This document shows positions 35,542-45,405 of a stretch of DNA of 51,967 bases, in pieces. Numbering within the stretch: position 1 is the stretch's first letter; the number at the start of each line of letters is the position of its first letter. The notes under the pieces were generated by a model. That model ran no database searches. It saw only the letters and a list, made by a program, of their open reading frames with translations, and was not told the DNA's origin. The position numbers and the translations under genes were made by a program. Source of the DNA: Thermoplasmatota archaeon (GTDB lineage: Archaea > Thermoplasmatota > Thermoplasmata > Thermoplasmatales > ARK-15); the NCBI GenBank assembly GCA_031961605.1, contig JAVRLH010000001.1, positions 1 through 51,967 of the forward strand, given 5' to 3'.

Positions 35542-37066
35542 CCCTGATCACCTTTTTTGTCTTTTTTCCAATGCTTTCAAGAACCATGCCTTCAACATCA
35601 AATATCCTCAGTTTCCTTGATAACCTTACAGTGTTTTCAAGTTTGTCCTTCTTTTCAGCATAGAATTTTAGAACAGTTTCATTCCTTTCAACCTTATCAC
35701 CTATTTTTTTGTATACCCAAATACCTGAACCTTTATCATGCGGTGTTCCGAGTGATCTTGCAAGCAATACGATACTTTTATTTGAAATGTATGAAATGTA
35801 ACCATCCATGGATGATGTTAAATCGTACTGGTATTCACCAATAGGAATTTCATCACTTTTCTCAATGCCTTTTGATCCCTGGGCATTTATTATCTCAATG
35901 AACTTTTCCCTTGCTTTACCGCTTGTGAGTATATGCCTTGCAAGATCCTTTCCCTTGTTAAATTCAACAACACCACCCATCTCGATGATCATTGATGCAA
36001 GTTCTATTGCCTTGACAATCATACTGTTTGATGTTGGCGTTCCCTCAAGGGCTTTCATTGCCTCCATTGCCTCAAGTGCAGGTCCCACAGCCCTTCCAAG
36101 AGGTTGACCTCCATAGGTTATTGCACATTCAACATGTATCTTTAATCTATTTCCTATTTCAATGAACCTTCCTGCCAGATCCCTTGCCCTTTCCTCATTC
36201 TCCACCTTTGTCTCAGAGCCCATAGGAATATCAATTAACAAATAATTTACTCCCGTTGCCTTTTTTTTGGCAAGAACAGACGCTATTACCTGTGGGTATG
36301 GATCAATGCCCAGGGGATGCTCAACCCTGATTATTTTATCATCAGCAGGTGCAAGGTTCATTGCACCACCCCAGGTTATAGTTCCACCAACGTCCTCAAC
36401 TATTCTCTTAATTTCATTTGCCTTAAGATCAACCCTGGCAAGTACTTCCATAACATCTGCAGTTCCCGCAGGTGAGCTTATGGCCCTTGATGATGTTTTT
36501 GGTATCTTCAATCCTGATGATGCAACAATGGGAACGGTAAGAAGTGCGTATTTATTCCCTGGAATGCCACCAATGCTGTGAACATCGTAAACATCATGGT
36601 CGAACTTGATTGTTTCACCTGTGTTCACCATTGCATTCACCATGTTTGTTATTTCCTCATTGTCAAGACCGATCGTCTGGATGGAGGAAACATAACATGA
36701 AAGTTCAATATCGCTGAGATTTTCCATAACAATATCATTCACAATTGTATCAATTTCTTCCTTTGTTAGCTTGTTTCCATACATTTTTTTCTTTATGTAT
36801 TCAATCGATTGTGGTTGTGGGGCTGAAAAAACAGAAACTGTTTTTCCATTTTCAACAACCAAATCATTTGATAGCCTTTGATTAATCCATATTTCACCAT
36901 TTCCAACAATATCTGAAAGATATGCATATGCAGTAATGTTTATTGAATCATGGCCAACTGTTATTCTCTGCTCAGTTTCAACACCCATATTTTTTGCATC
37001 ATTTTTGTTGAGTATCGCGATCCTCTTTGTATGTTCAAAGTTTATGATTTTAACTTTGAGATCCAT
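35531..37066 (-). CDS. AMP phosphorylase (archaeal thymidine-phosphorylase-family enzyme with extra N-terminal domain)
   Basis: 511 aa with an N-terminal LKVKIINFEHTKRIAILNKNDAKNMGV domain and a glycosyltransferase-family-3 core (HSIGGIPGNK, TSSRAISSPAGTAD). Confidence 0.85.
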   Translation of the reverse strand: MDLKVKIINFEHTKRIAILNKNDAKNMGVETEQRITVGHDSINITAYAYLSDIVGNGEIWINQRLSNDLVVENGKTVSVFSAPQPQSIEYIKKKMYGNKLTKEEIDTIVNDIVMENLSDIELSCYVSSIQTIGLDNEEITNMVNAMVNTGETIKFDHDVYDVHSIGGIPGNKYALLTVPIVASSGLKIPKTSSRAISSPAGTADVMEVLARVDLKANEIKRIVEDVGGTITWGGAMNLAPADDKIIRVEHPLGIDPYPQVIASVLAKKKATGVNYLLIDIPMGSETKVENEERARDLAGRFIEIGNRLKIHVECAITYGGQPLGRAVGPALEAMEAMKALEGTPTSNSMIVKAIELASMIIEMGGVVEFNKGKDLARHILTSGKAREKFIEIINAQGSKGIEKSDEIPIGEYQYDLTSSMDGYISYISNKSIVLLARSLGTPHDKGSGIWVYKKIGDKVERNETVLKFYAEKKDKLENTVRLSRKLRIFDVEGMVLESIGKKTKKVIRDES

Positions 37067-37081
37067 ATTTGTTAAAGAATG

Positions 37082-37618
37082 TTATTCATTTAAAAATTTT
37101 GCCATCAGAATATCGTCAACATATTCCCCCCTTATTTTGAACTGCCTTTTTCTTACACATTCCTGAAAAAAACCCATTTTTTTGTAAAGATTAATTGCAA
37201 CTGTGTTTGTTGAAAAAACCTCAAGGCAGACTTTTTCAATACCGGTCTCCCTCGCCCAAACTAATGATAAATCGATCAAATTTGTTCCGATTCCCAATCC
37301 CCTGTATCCTTTTCTTATTGCAATGCCCAACTGTGCCACATGCCTATTCTTTTTAAACCTTTCCCTGGTGAGTGTAAGAACACCTATTACTTTACCATTA
37401 TCTCTTGCAACAAGGAAGAGTTCATTCTGTTCATCAAAGATCCTCATGCTCAGAAAATCTTCATCAGCTAAATATTTTTCACCAAGTAAATATATTTCTT
37501 CCTTCATGACATCATCAAAGCAATCTATTATTCCCTGCAAATCTCCTCTTTCTGCCTTTTTAATCTCTATTGTTCTTCCATCTTGAATATTCAACAATCT
37601 TTTCAAGTGCATTAACAA
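37082..37618 (-). CDS. GNAT-family N-acetyltransferase
   Basis: Acetyl-CoA-binding motif QLGIAIRKGYRGLGIG. The start is uncertain (the ATGs at 37618/37612 overlap the upstream gene by up to 59 nt; in-frame TTGs at 37597/37594). Confidence 0.8.
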   Translation of the reverse strand: MLMHLKRLLNIQDGRTIEIKKAERGDLQGIIDCFDDVMKEEIYLLGEKYLADEDFLSMRIFDEQNELFLVARDNGKVIGVLTLTRERFKKNRHVAQLGIAIRKGYRGLGIGTNLIDLSLVWARETGIEKVCLEVFSTNTVAINLYKKMGFFQECVRKRQFKIRGEYVDDILMAKFLNE

Positions 37619-38930
37619 GCCTCCTTGCTGTTGTTATAACAGGAATATTCATTTTCTCAAGATCCTTTGAAACCTTTGATGTGAATTCACCACCGGCCAT
37701 TACTGCAATAACGGGTTTTTTCCATTTTTTTCTGAAAAGTTCGAAAAGATCATTTATGTTCCTGTATATGGGTGCATTTGGTATAACAAAATAAAGAACC
37801 AAAACATCCATATTTTCCGCACCATCCAGAATTTCAAGGGATTTTCTGTACCATTCCGGCGTTGCAGATCCTGTCAAATCAAGAGGATTTGATACTATTG
37901 AATATTCTGGTAGAATTTTTTTAAGATTTTCAATCTGTTCATTATTCAATTTTGAAAGCTTCAGAATTTTAGAATTTCCTATTTCGTCGGCTGTAACAAC
38001 ACATGGCCCCGCTCCATTTGTTATGAGCATTACATTTCCTTCCTTTATTTCTTTTTGTTTTGCTAAAATTTTTATCACATCAACCATTTCTTCAATGTCC
38101 TCAACAACAATAACACCAGACTGTTTCATCGAACCCAAAAATATGGAATAGTTTTCAGCCATTGCACCTGTATGGGATTTTGCAGCGTTTGTCCCTTCCC
38201 TGTTTCTTCCAGCCTTTAGAATAACAATCGGTTTTTTCATTGAAACATTTTTTGATATTTCTGCAAATTTCCTAGCATTTGAAAAACTTTCAAGGTAGAG
38301 AGCAATGATTTTTGTATCATTATCATTCTTTAAATATTCTAGCATATCAATTTCATCAACATCAACTTTGTTCCCGAAACTAACAAACTTGCTTACACCT
38401 ATGCTGTTTTCCTCCATGAGTTCAAGTAATGTTACACCATATGTTCCGGATTGTGTTAGAAATGCAACAGGTCCAGGGCCGGGCCTTTTCATCGCGTCCC
38501 TCGCCTGGAAGAAAGTATCAAAACCGGATGATGATGAAAAAACACCTATACAGTTAGGGCCAATTATTCTCATACTATATTTTTTTGCAATCTCCCTTAT
38601 TTTATTCTCAATTATTTCCCCCTCCTCTGAAAGTTCTTTGAAGCCTCCAGATATGATTATTATGCCCTTCACTCCCTTTTTACCGCATTCCTCAACGGCC
38701 TTTGGAGTATCCCTCGCACCAAGCACTATTATTGATAGATCAATTTTATCTTTTATATCAAGAATGCTTCCATAGCACCTGTATCCCATTATTTCGTTCT
38801 CTTTTCTGTTCACAGGATATATTTTCACCTTTGTGTGTTTGAGAGAATTCATTATTTCATAACCAATTTTTCCCTCCTTCCCTGATGCACCTATAACAGC
38901 AACTGTTTCAGGGTTAAAGAAAAATTCCAT
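37560..38930 (-). CDS. ADP-forming acetyl-CoA synthetase (ACD) alpha-type subunit / CoA-binding succinyl-CoA-ligase-like protein
   Basis: FFNPETVAVIGASGKEGKIG CoA-binding N-terminus, IIGPNCIG, and AAKSHTGAM (phosphohistidine loop). Confidence 0.85.
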   Translation of the reverse strand: MEFFFNPETVAVIGASGKEGKIGYEIMNSLKHTKVKIYPVNRKENEIMGYRCYGSILDIKDKIDLSIIVLGARDTPKAVEECGKKGVKGIIIISGGFKELSEEGEIIENKIREIAKKYSMRIIGPNCIGVFSSSSGFDTFFQARDAMKRPGPGPVAFLTQSGTYGVTLLELMEENSIGVSKFVSFGNKVDVDEIDMLEYLKNDNDTKIIALYLESFSNARKFAEISKNVSMKKPIVILKAGRNREGTNAAKSHTGAMAENYSIFLGSMKQSGVIVVEDIEEMVDVIKILAKQKEIKEGNVMLITNGAGPCVVTADEIGNSKILKLSKLNNEQIENLKKILPEYSIVSNPLDLTGSATPEWYRKSLEILDGAENMDVLVLYFVIPNAPIYRNINDLFELFRKKWKKPVIAVMAGGEFTSKVSKDLEKMNIPVITTARRLVNALEKIVEYSRWKNNRD

Positions 38931-39004
38931 GGTATGGGAAAATGTTTGTAATTTAAAATTTTTATCCTTTAAAAAATTTTAATAATTGAAATAATTGTTA
39001 TGTT

Positions 39005-39955
39005 GTGAAGGAAATTGAATCAAGAATAATTGATGCGCTTGAAGAAAAACCATTGACACAGAGAGAACTTAGAGATTTGATGTGCATATCAAAATCCTAC
39101 CTTTCTGAAAAATTGAAGGAAATGGAAAAGAATGGTTTAATAAAAAAGAAAGAGATATCAAAAAGAACAATACTTGTTTCATTGAATTATGAAAAGATTT
39201 TAAAAATTGGTGTTTTGAAAGCATCGGAATATGCTGCGGTTTTTTTAACAGGTGAAGAATTAAAAAATTACTTTGTAAAGATAAAACTTTATGATAATGG
39301 TATACAGGAATTAAGGGATCTTTTGTTGAACAAAATTGATGTTGCGTTTGCACCTGTTGTAACAGGTTTCATAACACATTTAATTGATAAAAGAATAAAG
39401 TTAATATCGTTCTGCGCTAAAGGAGGTTCAGGTATAGTGCACAGTGGTAAAATAAACAAAATTGGATCAACACTACTTTCAACAATGGATTTAAACACAA
39501 GAATTTACCTGAAATTTGATGTAAAGAACATAAGATACTTTGATTCACCTGAGGAGTTAATGGATGCCTATAGAAAAAAAACTGTGGATGCAATTACCAT
39601 ATGGGAACCATATCTTTCCAGCATTGAAGGTGAAAAAGAGATTGTGGGAAAGGATAATGTTTGCTGTGGTGCTCTTATTTTGGATTTTAACAAAAAAGTT
39701 GAGGATTTTCTTAACACATACATTAAAAATACTGATGCTTTAATGAAAGGTGAAAAAATTAAGGATGCTGTTAAGGCAACTTCTTTATATCTAAAATTTG
39801 ATGAAAAAATTGTAGAAAAAAGTTTGAAAAATTATGAATTTGTCTGGAAGATAGATAAAAATGAAATTAAAAAAAATTTAGAAAACATGAAGATCATTGT
39901 GCCACAGGATCTAATTGACTCCTATACTTTTAATATTAAAAAAGTAAAAGGATAG
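39005..39955 (+). CDS. winged-HTH domain fused to an NMT1/THI5/SsuA-like (type 2 periplasmic-binding-fold) ligand-binding domain; putative regulator
   Basis: N-terminal LTQRELRDLMCISKSYLSEKLKEMEKNGLIKKK (wHTH) with no signal peptide. C-terminal KIGVLKASEYAAVF...NKIDVAFAPVVTGF...DAITIWEPYLS pattern of NMT1/SsuA-type binding proteins. GTG start. Confidence 0.6.
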   Translation: MKEIESRIIDALEEKPLTQRELRDLMCISKSYLSEKLKEMEKNGLIKKKEISKRTILVSLNYEKILKIGVLKASEYAAVFLTGEELKNYFVKIKLYDNGIQELRDLLLNKIDVAFAPVVTGFITHLIDKRIKLISFCAKGGSGIVHSGKINKIGSTLLSTMDLNTRIYLKFDVKNIRYFDSPEELMDAYRKKTVDAITIWEPYLSSIEGEKEIVGKDNVCCGALILDFNKKVEDFLNTYIKNTDALMKGEKIKDAVKATSLYLKFDEKIVEKSLKNYEFVWKIDKNEIKKNLENMKIIVPQDLIDSYTFNIKKVKG

Positions 39956-39985
39956 ATTTTTATATAGCGAACACATGTTCGGAAT

Positions 39986-41230
39986 ATGGAGGATAGAGGA
40001 ATTAAAACTGTTGAAGAAGAAAAAAGGCATGGAAAGCCATTCAACCAATTCACTCTTTGGTTCGGTGCAAACATAACACTCGCAGATTTTGCCGTTGGAT
40101 TTTTGCCATACATACTTAATCTTAATATATTTTACACAATTCTTGCACTTTTAATTGGCACACTTTTAGGTGCAATTGTGCTTGCAACCGTAACGGTTCT
40201 CGGACCAAAAAAGGGAAAAGCACAGATGATGATATCGGAGGAATCTTTTGGTAAATGGAACTGGTTGATGAGTCTTTTTCAGGGTATTAGCACACTTGGG
40301 TGGTTTATCGTAAACCTAATTCTTGGAACACTTGCCCTGCTCATAATATTCCACACAAACTACATGTTTTTAATAATTATCTATGGAATTGTGCAGATTC
40401 TTCTGGCAATATTTGGATACGATTATATTCATAAAATAGAATTAATTTTTTCAATCCTTCTTGGCATAATTTTTTTGTATATAACAATAGCAGGGAATTT
40501 TTTAACTTTGAATTATAACGGAAATGAAAACATATATTACTTTGGTATTGTACTTGCAACATCTTTCGCATACATAGCATCATGGGCACCATACGGGTCG
40601 GATTATTCAAGATACCTCCCCCAAAATACAAGTTCAAGGAAAATATTCATTTATTCATTTTTTGGATCATTTTTATCAACAATCTGGCTTGAGATACTTG
40701 GTTTTCTTGTTGCTATTAAAACAGGGAATACAAATTCCATGTTCGCAGCCTATTCCCTTTCCGGATTCCTTGGAATATTGACTGTAATATCACTATTTAT
40801 GGGTGGTCTTGGAACAAATGCAGTTAACATATATTCACATTCCCTTTCCATAAATTCAATATTCAAAAATTTTGATAGGAAAAAAATACTAATTATTTCA
40901 GGTTTTATTGGAATAATCCTTGCAATCATAGGCTTCCAAAGCTTTTATACCTTCTATGAGGGTTTTCTTTATTTCCTTGATTACTGGATTATGCCCTGGT
41001 TTGGAATAATAGTCGCGGACCAATTCATAGTGAAAAAGGGAATTGGAAAATTGGCAATCTTTTCATTTTTAATTTCATTAGTAATCAGTGTTCCATTTAT
41101 GAACCAGGCACCATTTTATGTTGGTCCAATTTCCAACATGATTGGTGGAGTTGATATCAGTTACTTTGTTTCCTTTGCACTATCATTCTTCCTATATACA
41201 ACAATGTCTAAGTTCTTGAAACAATCTTGA
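39986..41230 (+). CDS. NCS1-family (purine-cytosine / HMP-type) permease
   Basis: 414 aa with ~12 TM helices and the N-terminal HGKPFNQFTLWFGANITLADFAVG typical of CodB/CytX-type transporters. Confidence 0.75.
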   Translation: MEDRGIKTVEEEKRHGKPFNQFTLWFGANITLADFAVGFLPYILNLNIFYTILALLIGTLLGAIVLATVTVLGPKKGKAQMMISEESFGKWNWLMSLFQGISTLGWFIVNLILGTLALLIIFHTNYMFLIIIYGIVQILLAIFGYDYIHKIELIFSILLGIIFLYITIAGNFLTLNYNGNENIYYFGIVLATSFAYIASWAPYGSDYSRYLPQNTSSRKIFIYSFFGSFLSTIWLEILGFLVAIKTGNTNSMFAAYSLSGFLGILTVISLFMGGLGTNAVNIYSHSLSINSIFKNFDRKKILIISGFIGIILAIIGFQSFYTFYEGFLYFLDYWIMPWFGIIVADQFIVKKGIGKLAIFSFLISLVISVPFMNQAPFYVGPISNMIGGVDISYFVSFALSFFLYTTMSKFLKQS

Positions 41231-42398
41231 TTACATCCCCATCCTTCAATTTATAATTTTTTCCAACAACAACCTTAGTTTTTGCATCTATTGCCCTTAT
41301 GAAATTCTCACCAATATCCGTATGAACCTTAAAAGCAAGGTCAAGTGCTGTTGATCCCTCAGGCATGAGGAAAGCGTCTGGTAAAACATTACCTGATTTA
41401 TCCGTCCAGTGCGTTTCGTTCTCAACTGGATATACTGTTATCATTTTCATTACGTTGAAAACAATATCATCCAGCATTCTCTGTACACCGGTTCCATTGT
41501 TTCTTTTCATGAATTCATTAATTTTTTCCAGTGCATTTTTCTGCTGTTTGTTCAGCTTGTTTTCATCAAGAATGTAAAATTCACTATCCCCTGGTCTGTA
41601 TTTAATTAGCCCGGCCTTTGCTGCTTTTATCAAAGCGAGTTCATATTCAGCAGATATTGGATAAACAGGAAATTTTGATTCTTTTTTTATTTTTTCAATC
41701 ACATCATTTGAAACAAGATCTGATTTGTTTGCAGCAATAACCATTGGTTTTGAAATCCTTAATATTTCAAGACCTATTGAAAAGAAATCATCATCGTCCC
41801 ACTGATCTATGGGACCGAATGAAGCGTTTTCCAGAGCCCTTGAAATCTGATCCTCATTTATTCCAAGTCCAGAAAGCTGGTCTGAAATTATATTTTCAAG
41901 CTTTTCGTTTGAAATTCTTCTGTAAACCTTGTTCCAGTTTCTTGATAGAATTTCAGCGATCCAGTAAGCAATTTCCCTTTCAACAAAATCAATATCCTTT
42001 AATGGATCGTATGATCCAATACCCACAGGATTACCATCCTGATCTGTTGAACCAGAAACATCAATAACATGAACAAGGGAATTTGCATTCCTCAGATCGT
42101 CAAGGAATTTGTTGCCCAGACCCTTTCCTTTGTGTGCATCAGGTACAAGACCGGCAACATCTATAACATTAACGGGTATGTACCTTATTCCATCCATGCA
42201 TATTGAATTCCTTGGGTTGCAGTTTTTTCCAATAAATTTATGTGGGCATTCCTTTCTCACATATGCCGTTCCCAGATTCGGGTTTATTGTTGTGAACGGA
42301 TAGTTTGCAATTTCCACAACATGCTGTGTTAAAGCAGAAAAAAGAGTTGATTTACCAACGTTTGGTTTACCAACTATACCAATCAGAAGGCTTACCAC
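41208..42398 (-). CDS. OBG/YchF-type GTP-binding protein with C-terminal TGS domain
   Basis: IGIVGKPNVGKSTLFSALT (G1), DVAGLVPDAHKG (G3), ANKSD (G4) and a C-terminal GDVIKIVSR. Confidence 0.85.
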   Translation of the reverse strand: MVSLLIGIVGKPNVGKSTLFSALTQHVVEIANYPFTTINPNLGTAYVRKECPHKFIGKNCNPRNSICMDGIRYIPVNVIDVAGLVPDAHKGKGLGNKFLDDLRNANSLVHVIDVSGSTDQDGNPVGIGSYDPLKDIDFVEREIAYWIAEILSRNWNKVYRRISNEKLENIISDQLSGLGINEDQISRALENASFGPIDQWDDDDFFSIGLEILRISKPMVIAANKSDLVSNDVIEKIKKESKFPVYPISAEYELALIKAAKAGLIKYRPGDSEFYILDENKLNKQQKNALEKINEFMKRNNGTGVQRMLDDIVFNVMKMITVYPVENETHWTDKSGNVLPDAFLMPEGSTALDLAFKVHTDIGENFIRAIDAKTKVVVGKNYKLKDGDVIKIVSRT

Positions 42399-42826
42399 CT
42401 AACAAGCACCTTTTTTAGTTCCTTGCCATGAGGGCAATCAATGTCTTCAAGAACACTTTCAATTTTGAACTTTGAACCTGTTCTCAAACCAATTGGATTG
42501 CATATATCGTAATATTTGCAGAATATTTCGTTGCATGTATTGTTACTGAAAGTTGAAACACTCCCCTCTATCGCCTTGGATTTTTCAACAGCAATTGGAA
42601 CAGGGAGTTCTTCAAGCTCAACTGTTACAACCTTACCAAGGTCATGGATTTTGCAATCATGCTCCTTCTCCCTTATTTTAACAATTCTATAATATTTTCC
42701 CTGGTCCAGGGAAAAACATATATTCTTTAGAGGACAGTCCTTGCATTCTGAAACACTTCCCATGAATTGAAAAACCATATCCTCTTTTGCAAGTCTTTTA
42801 CCAACAAGACCTATTGTTACCATCAT
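42392..42826 (-). CDS. UPF0179-family Cys-rich archaeal protein
   Basis: TIGLVGKRLAKEDMVFQFMGSVSECKDCPLKNIC...YRIVKIREKEHDC matches my recollection of UPF0179. Confidence 0.6.
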   Translation of the reverse strand: MMVTIGLVGKRLAKEDMVFQFMGSVSECKDCPLKNICFSLDQGKYYRIVKIREKEHDCKIHDLGKVVTVELEELPVPIAVEKSKAIEGSVSTFSNNTCNEIFCKYYDICNPIGLRTGSKFKIESVLEDIDCPHGKELKKVLVRW

Positions 42827-43875
42827 ATCACCTCTGTTGCCCTCAGAGCCTTTTCTGCAGCATCCCTTGATATACCGTTCTCACCAAGGATTGTGAACCT
42901 ATCCCTTATTGAATGCGCCGTGGTTAAGGCTTTAATTGCATCTTCATCAGACAAACCTATTTCCCTTGCCCTTGTTGGTGCACCCATTGTTCTTAAAGCA
43001 TCCCTTACTCTTTTCCAGTCCTGTCCCTGAAGGAAGCTCATTATTATTGTTCCAACACCTGCAATTTCACCGTGCAATGCTTTTCCAGGGGCAATCATTT
43101 CAACAGCATGTGCAAATAAGTGCTCGCTACCACTTGCAGGTCTGGAAGATCCAGCAAGGCTCATGGCCATGCCTGATGATATTATCGCCTTTATAACAAC
43201 CCAGACAGATTCCTCGTCGTTTGGCTTCAAATATGGTGCATAATTTATCATTTCTTCAGCTGTGTATTTTGATATTGCATAGGCTGAGCTTGAGAAATCT
43301 TCACCCTTGAGCTTATACCCGAGCTCCCAGTCTTTAATTGCTGTGTAGTTTGCAATTATATCTGCTGCACCTGCAATAAGGTTTCTGTAAGGTGCCTTAA
43401 CAATTATTTCCGTATCAGCTATTATGGAAATTGGTACGGCAGCTTCAGTTGAAAGTGGAGATCCGGAATCCTTTATTGTTGCCCTTGGACTTGCAACACC
43501 GTCATGTGATGCTGCTGTTGGAACACTTATGAATGGAACGGAAACATCATAGGCCGCCTTTTTTGCAAGATCTATTTTTGTGCCTCCACCAACACCGATG
43601 ATCAGGTCAGCCTTAAAATTTTTTGATGCATCCTCAACAATATTCAGATTTTCAGTTGTTGCATCACCAGTTATAAGAACATTCACTTTACGGCCCTTTT
43701 TAAGTATTTCCTTTACCCTTTCTCCAGCTATGTCCATTGTTTTTGGTCCTGTAACAATTATGATTCTTTTAAAGTTTCCAATTTTTTCCACAACCGATCC
43801 TATCCTATCCAAGACTCCATGACCTGCAAGAATCTTTCTTGGTAAATCCATTTCCTTTACCTTTGTGAATGTCAT
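42823..43875 (-). CDS. egsA: glycerol-1-phosphate dehydrogenase [NAD(P)+] (archaeal lipid backbone synthesis)
   Basis: LPRKILAGHGVLDRIG N-terminus, GVGGGTKIDLAK and a SGSEHLFAH metal site. I prefer the ATG at 43875; the ORF extends to the TTG at 43890. Confidence 0.88.
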   Translation of the reverse strand: MTFTKVKEMDLPRKILAGHGVLDRIGSVVEKIGNFKRIIIVTGPKTMDIAGERVKEILKKGRKVNVLITGDATTENLNIVEDASKNFKADLIIGVGGGTKIDLAKKAAYDVSVPFISVPTAASHDGVASPRATIKDSGSPLSTEAAVPISIIADTEIIVKAPYRNLIAGAADIIANYTAIKDWELGYKLKGEDFSSSAYAISKYTAEEMINYAPYLKPNDEESVWVVIKAIISSGMAMSLAGSSRPASGSEHLFAHAVEMIAPGKALHGEIAGVGTIIMSFLQGQDWKRVRDALRTMGAPTRAREIGLSDEDAIKALTTAHSIRDRFTILGENGISRDAAEKALRATEVI

Positions 43876-43965
43876 TGTTGTTATAAACAAAAAGATTTCA
43901 ACTAATTAACATTTTTGGTGATTGAATTAGTAAGCTTTAAAATATTGAATTTTTTTTAAGCATAT

Positions 43966-45405
43966 ATGGAACTCAGCAGAAACGAAAAGATATTGCTAAA
44001 AAGGCTTATTGAAAAAGGTGGAGAGGATTCACTTTCAAACCTAACAAGGGATCTTTCCCTGACAATTGTTGAAATCATGAATGCTGCTTCATGGCTAAAA
44101 ATGAAGGGAATTTTGAAAATTGATGAAAGGATAAATGTGGAATATTATTTAACAGATGAAGGAAAAAAATATCTTGAGAAGGGTCTACCTGAAAGAATAA
44201 TATTCAACTATATTGTTGAGAGTGGTAAGAAAAGCATCGATGATCTAATAAAAATGTTTGGAAAAAATTTTGTTACTATTGCAATAGCAAATTTGAAGGG
44301 AGAAGGGTTTGAAATTGAGAATGGAAACCTTATTATAAAAGATAAAGAGAAGATTGAAAAGAGAATAAGGGAAAGGGAGGAGAATCTCAAAGATCTAAAA
44401 AACACGCCCAGAGAGATCATTTCATATTTTTTGAAAAGGAATATTGTTGAGAAGAAGGAAAGTGTTGAAAGGTTTTTCAGATTAACTGAAAATTCAAAAA
44501 AAATTGAAAAAAGGGATCTTGAGGTAAAGGATGAAATAACACAGCTGAAACCTGAAGATATCCAAACAGGCTTGTGGAAAAACATGGATCTGAAAAGGTA
44601 TGATGTTCAGATGTTTGCACCATACCCTTCAATGGGTAGAATGCACCCTCTTTCTGAATTCATAAAAAAGGTGAGAAGAATCTTTCTTAACATGGGTTTC
44701 AGGGAAATTTATGGATACTATGTTGTAAGTGCATTCTGGAACATGGATTCTCTTTTCATACCACAGGATCATCCTGCAAGGGATATGCAGGATACATTCT
44801 ATGTTGATAGAAAATTTAAATTGCCTGATTATTACAAAACTGTAAAAAAAATTCATGAGAATGGTAATGGTATTTCAAGGGGATGGAAGTATTCATGGAA
44901 GGAAGATCTTGCCATTTCAGGTTTGTTGAGAACACATACAACTGTGAATTCAATAAAATATCTTTACGATCATAGGGATGATGTAATTAGAGTCTTTACT
45001 GTTGGAAGGGTATTCAGGAGGGAGAATATGGATTCAACACATTTGCCAGAATTCCATCAAATAGAGGGAATAATGGTTGAACCTGGATCAAACTTCTCCA
45101 TGCTACTTGGAACACTTTCATCATTTTACAGGGAACTTGGTTTTGATAAAATAAAATTCAAGCCATCATATTTCCCATACACCGAACCAAGCGTTGAGAT
45201 TCATGTTTTCAAGGATAGATGGATTGAGCTTGGTGGTGCTGGTGTTTTCAGACCTGAGGTAACTGAGCCTCTTGGCATAAAAGAGAAAGTGCTTGCCTGG
45301 GGGTTGGGTCTGGAAAGACTTGCTATGCTTTACTATGGTTATGAAGATATAAGGGACCTTTACATTGCAGATATTGATAAATTAAGATCACTTCCACTTC
45401 TTTGA
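43966..45405 (+). CDS. pheS: phenylalanine--tRNA ligase alpha subunit (archaeal type)
   Basis: 479 aa with class II motifs (HPLSEF...FLNMGF; FRRENMDSTHLPEFHQIEG; GAGVFRPEV...GLGLERLAM). Confidence 0.93.
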   Translation: MELSRNEKILLKRLIEKGGEDSLSNLTRDLSLTIVEIMNAASWLKMKGILKIDERINVEYYLTDEGKKYLEKGLPERIIFNYIVESGKKSIDDLIKMFGKNFVTIAIANLKGEGFEIENGNLIIKDKEKIEKRIREREENLKDLKNTPREIISYFLKRNIVEKKESVERFFRLTENSKKIEKRDLEVKDEITQLKPEDIQTGLWKNMDLKRYDVQMFAPYPSMGRMHPLSEFIKKVRRIFLNMGFREIYGYYVVSAFWNMDSLFIPQDHPARDMQDTFYVDRKFKLPDYYKTVKKIHENGNGISRGWKYSWKEDLAISGLLRTHTTVNSIKYLYDHRDDVIRVFTVGRVFRRENMDSTHLPEFHQIEGIMVEPGSNFSMLLGTLSSFYRELGFDKIKFKPSYFPYTEPSVEIHVFKDRWIELGGAGVFRPEVTEPLGIKEKVLAWGLGLERLAMLYYGYEDIRDLYIADIDKLRSLPLL

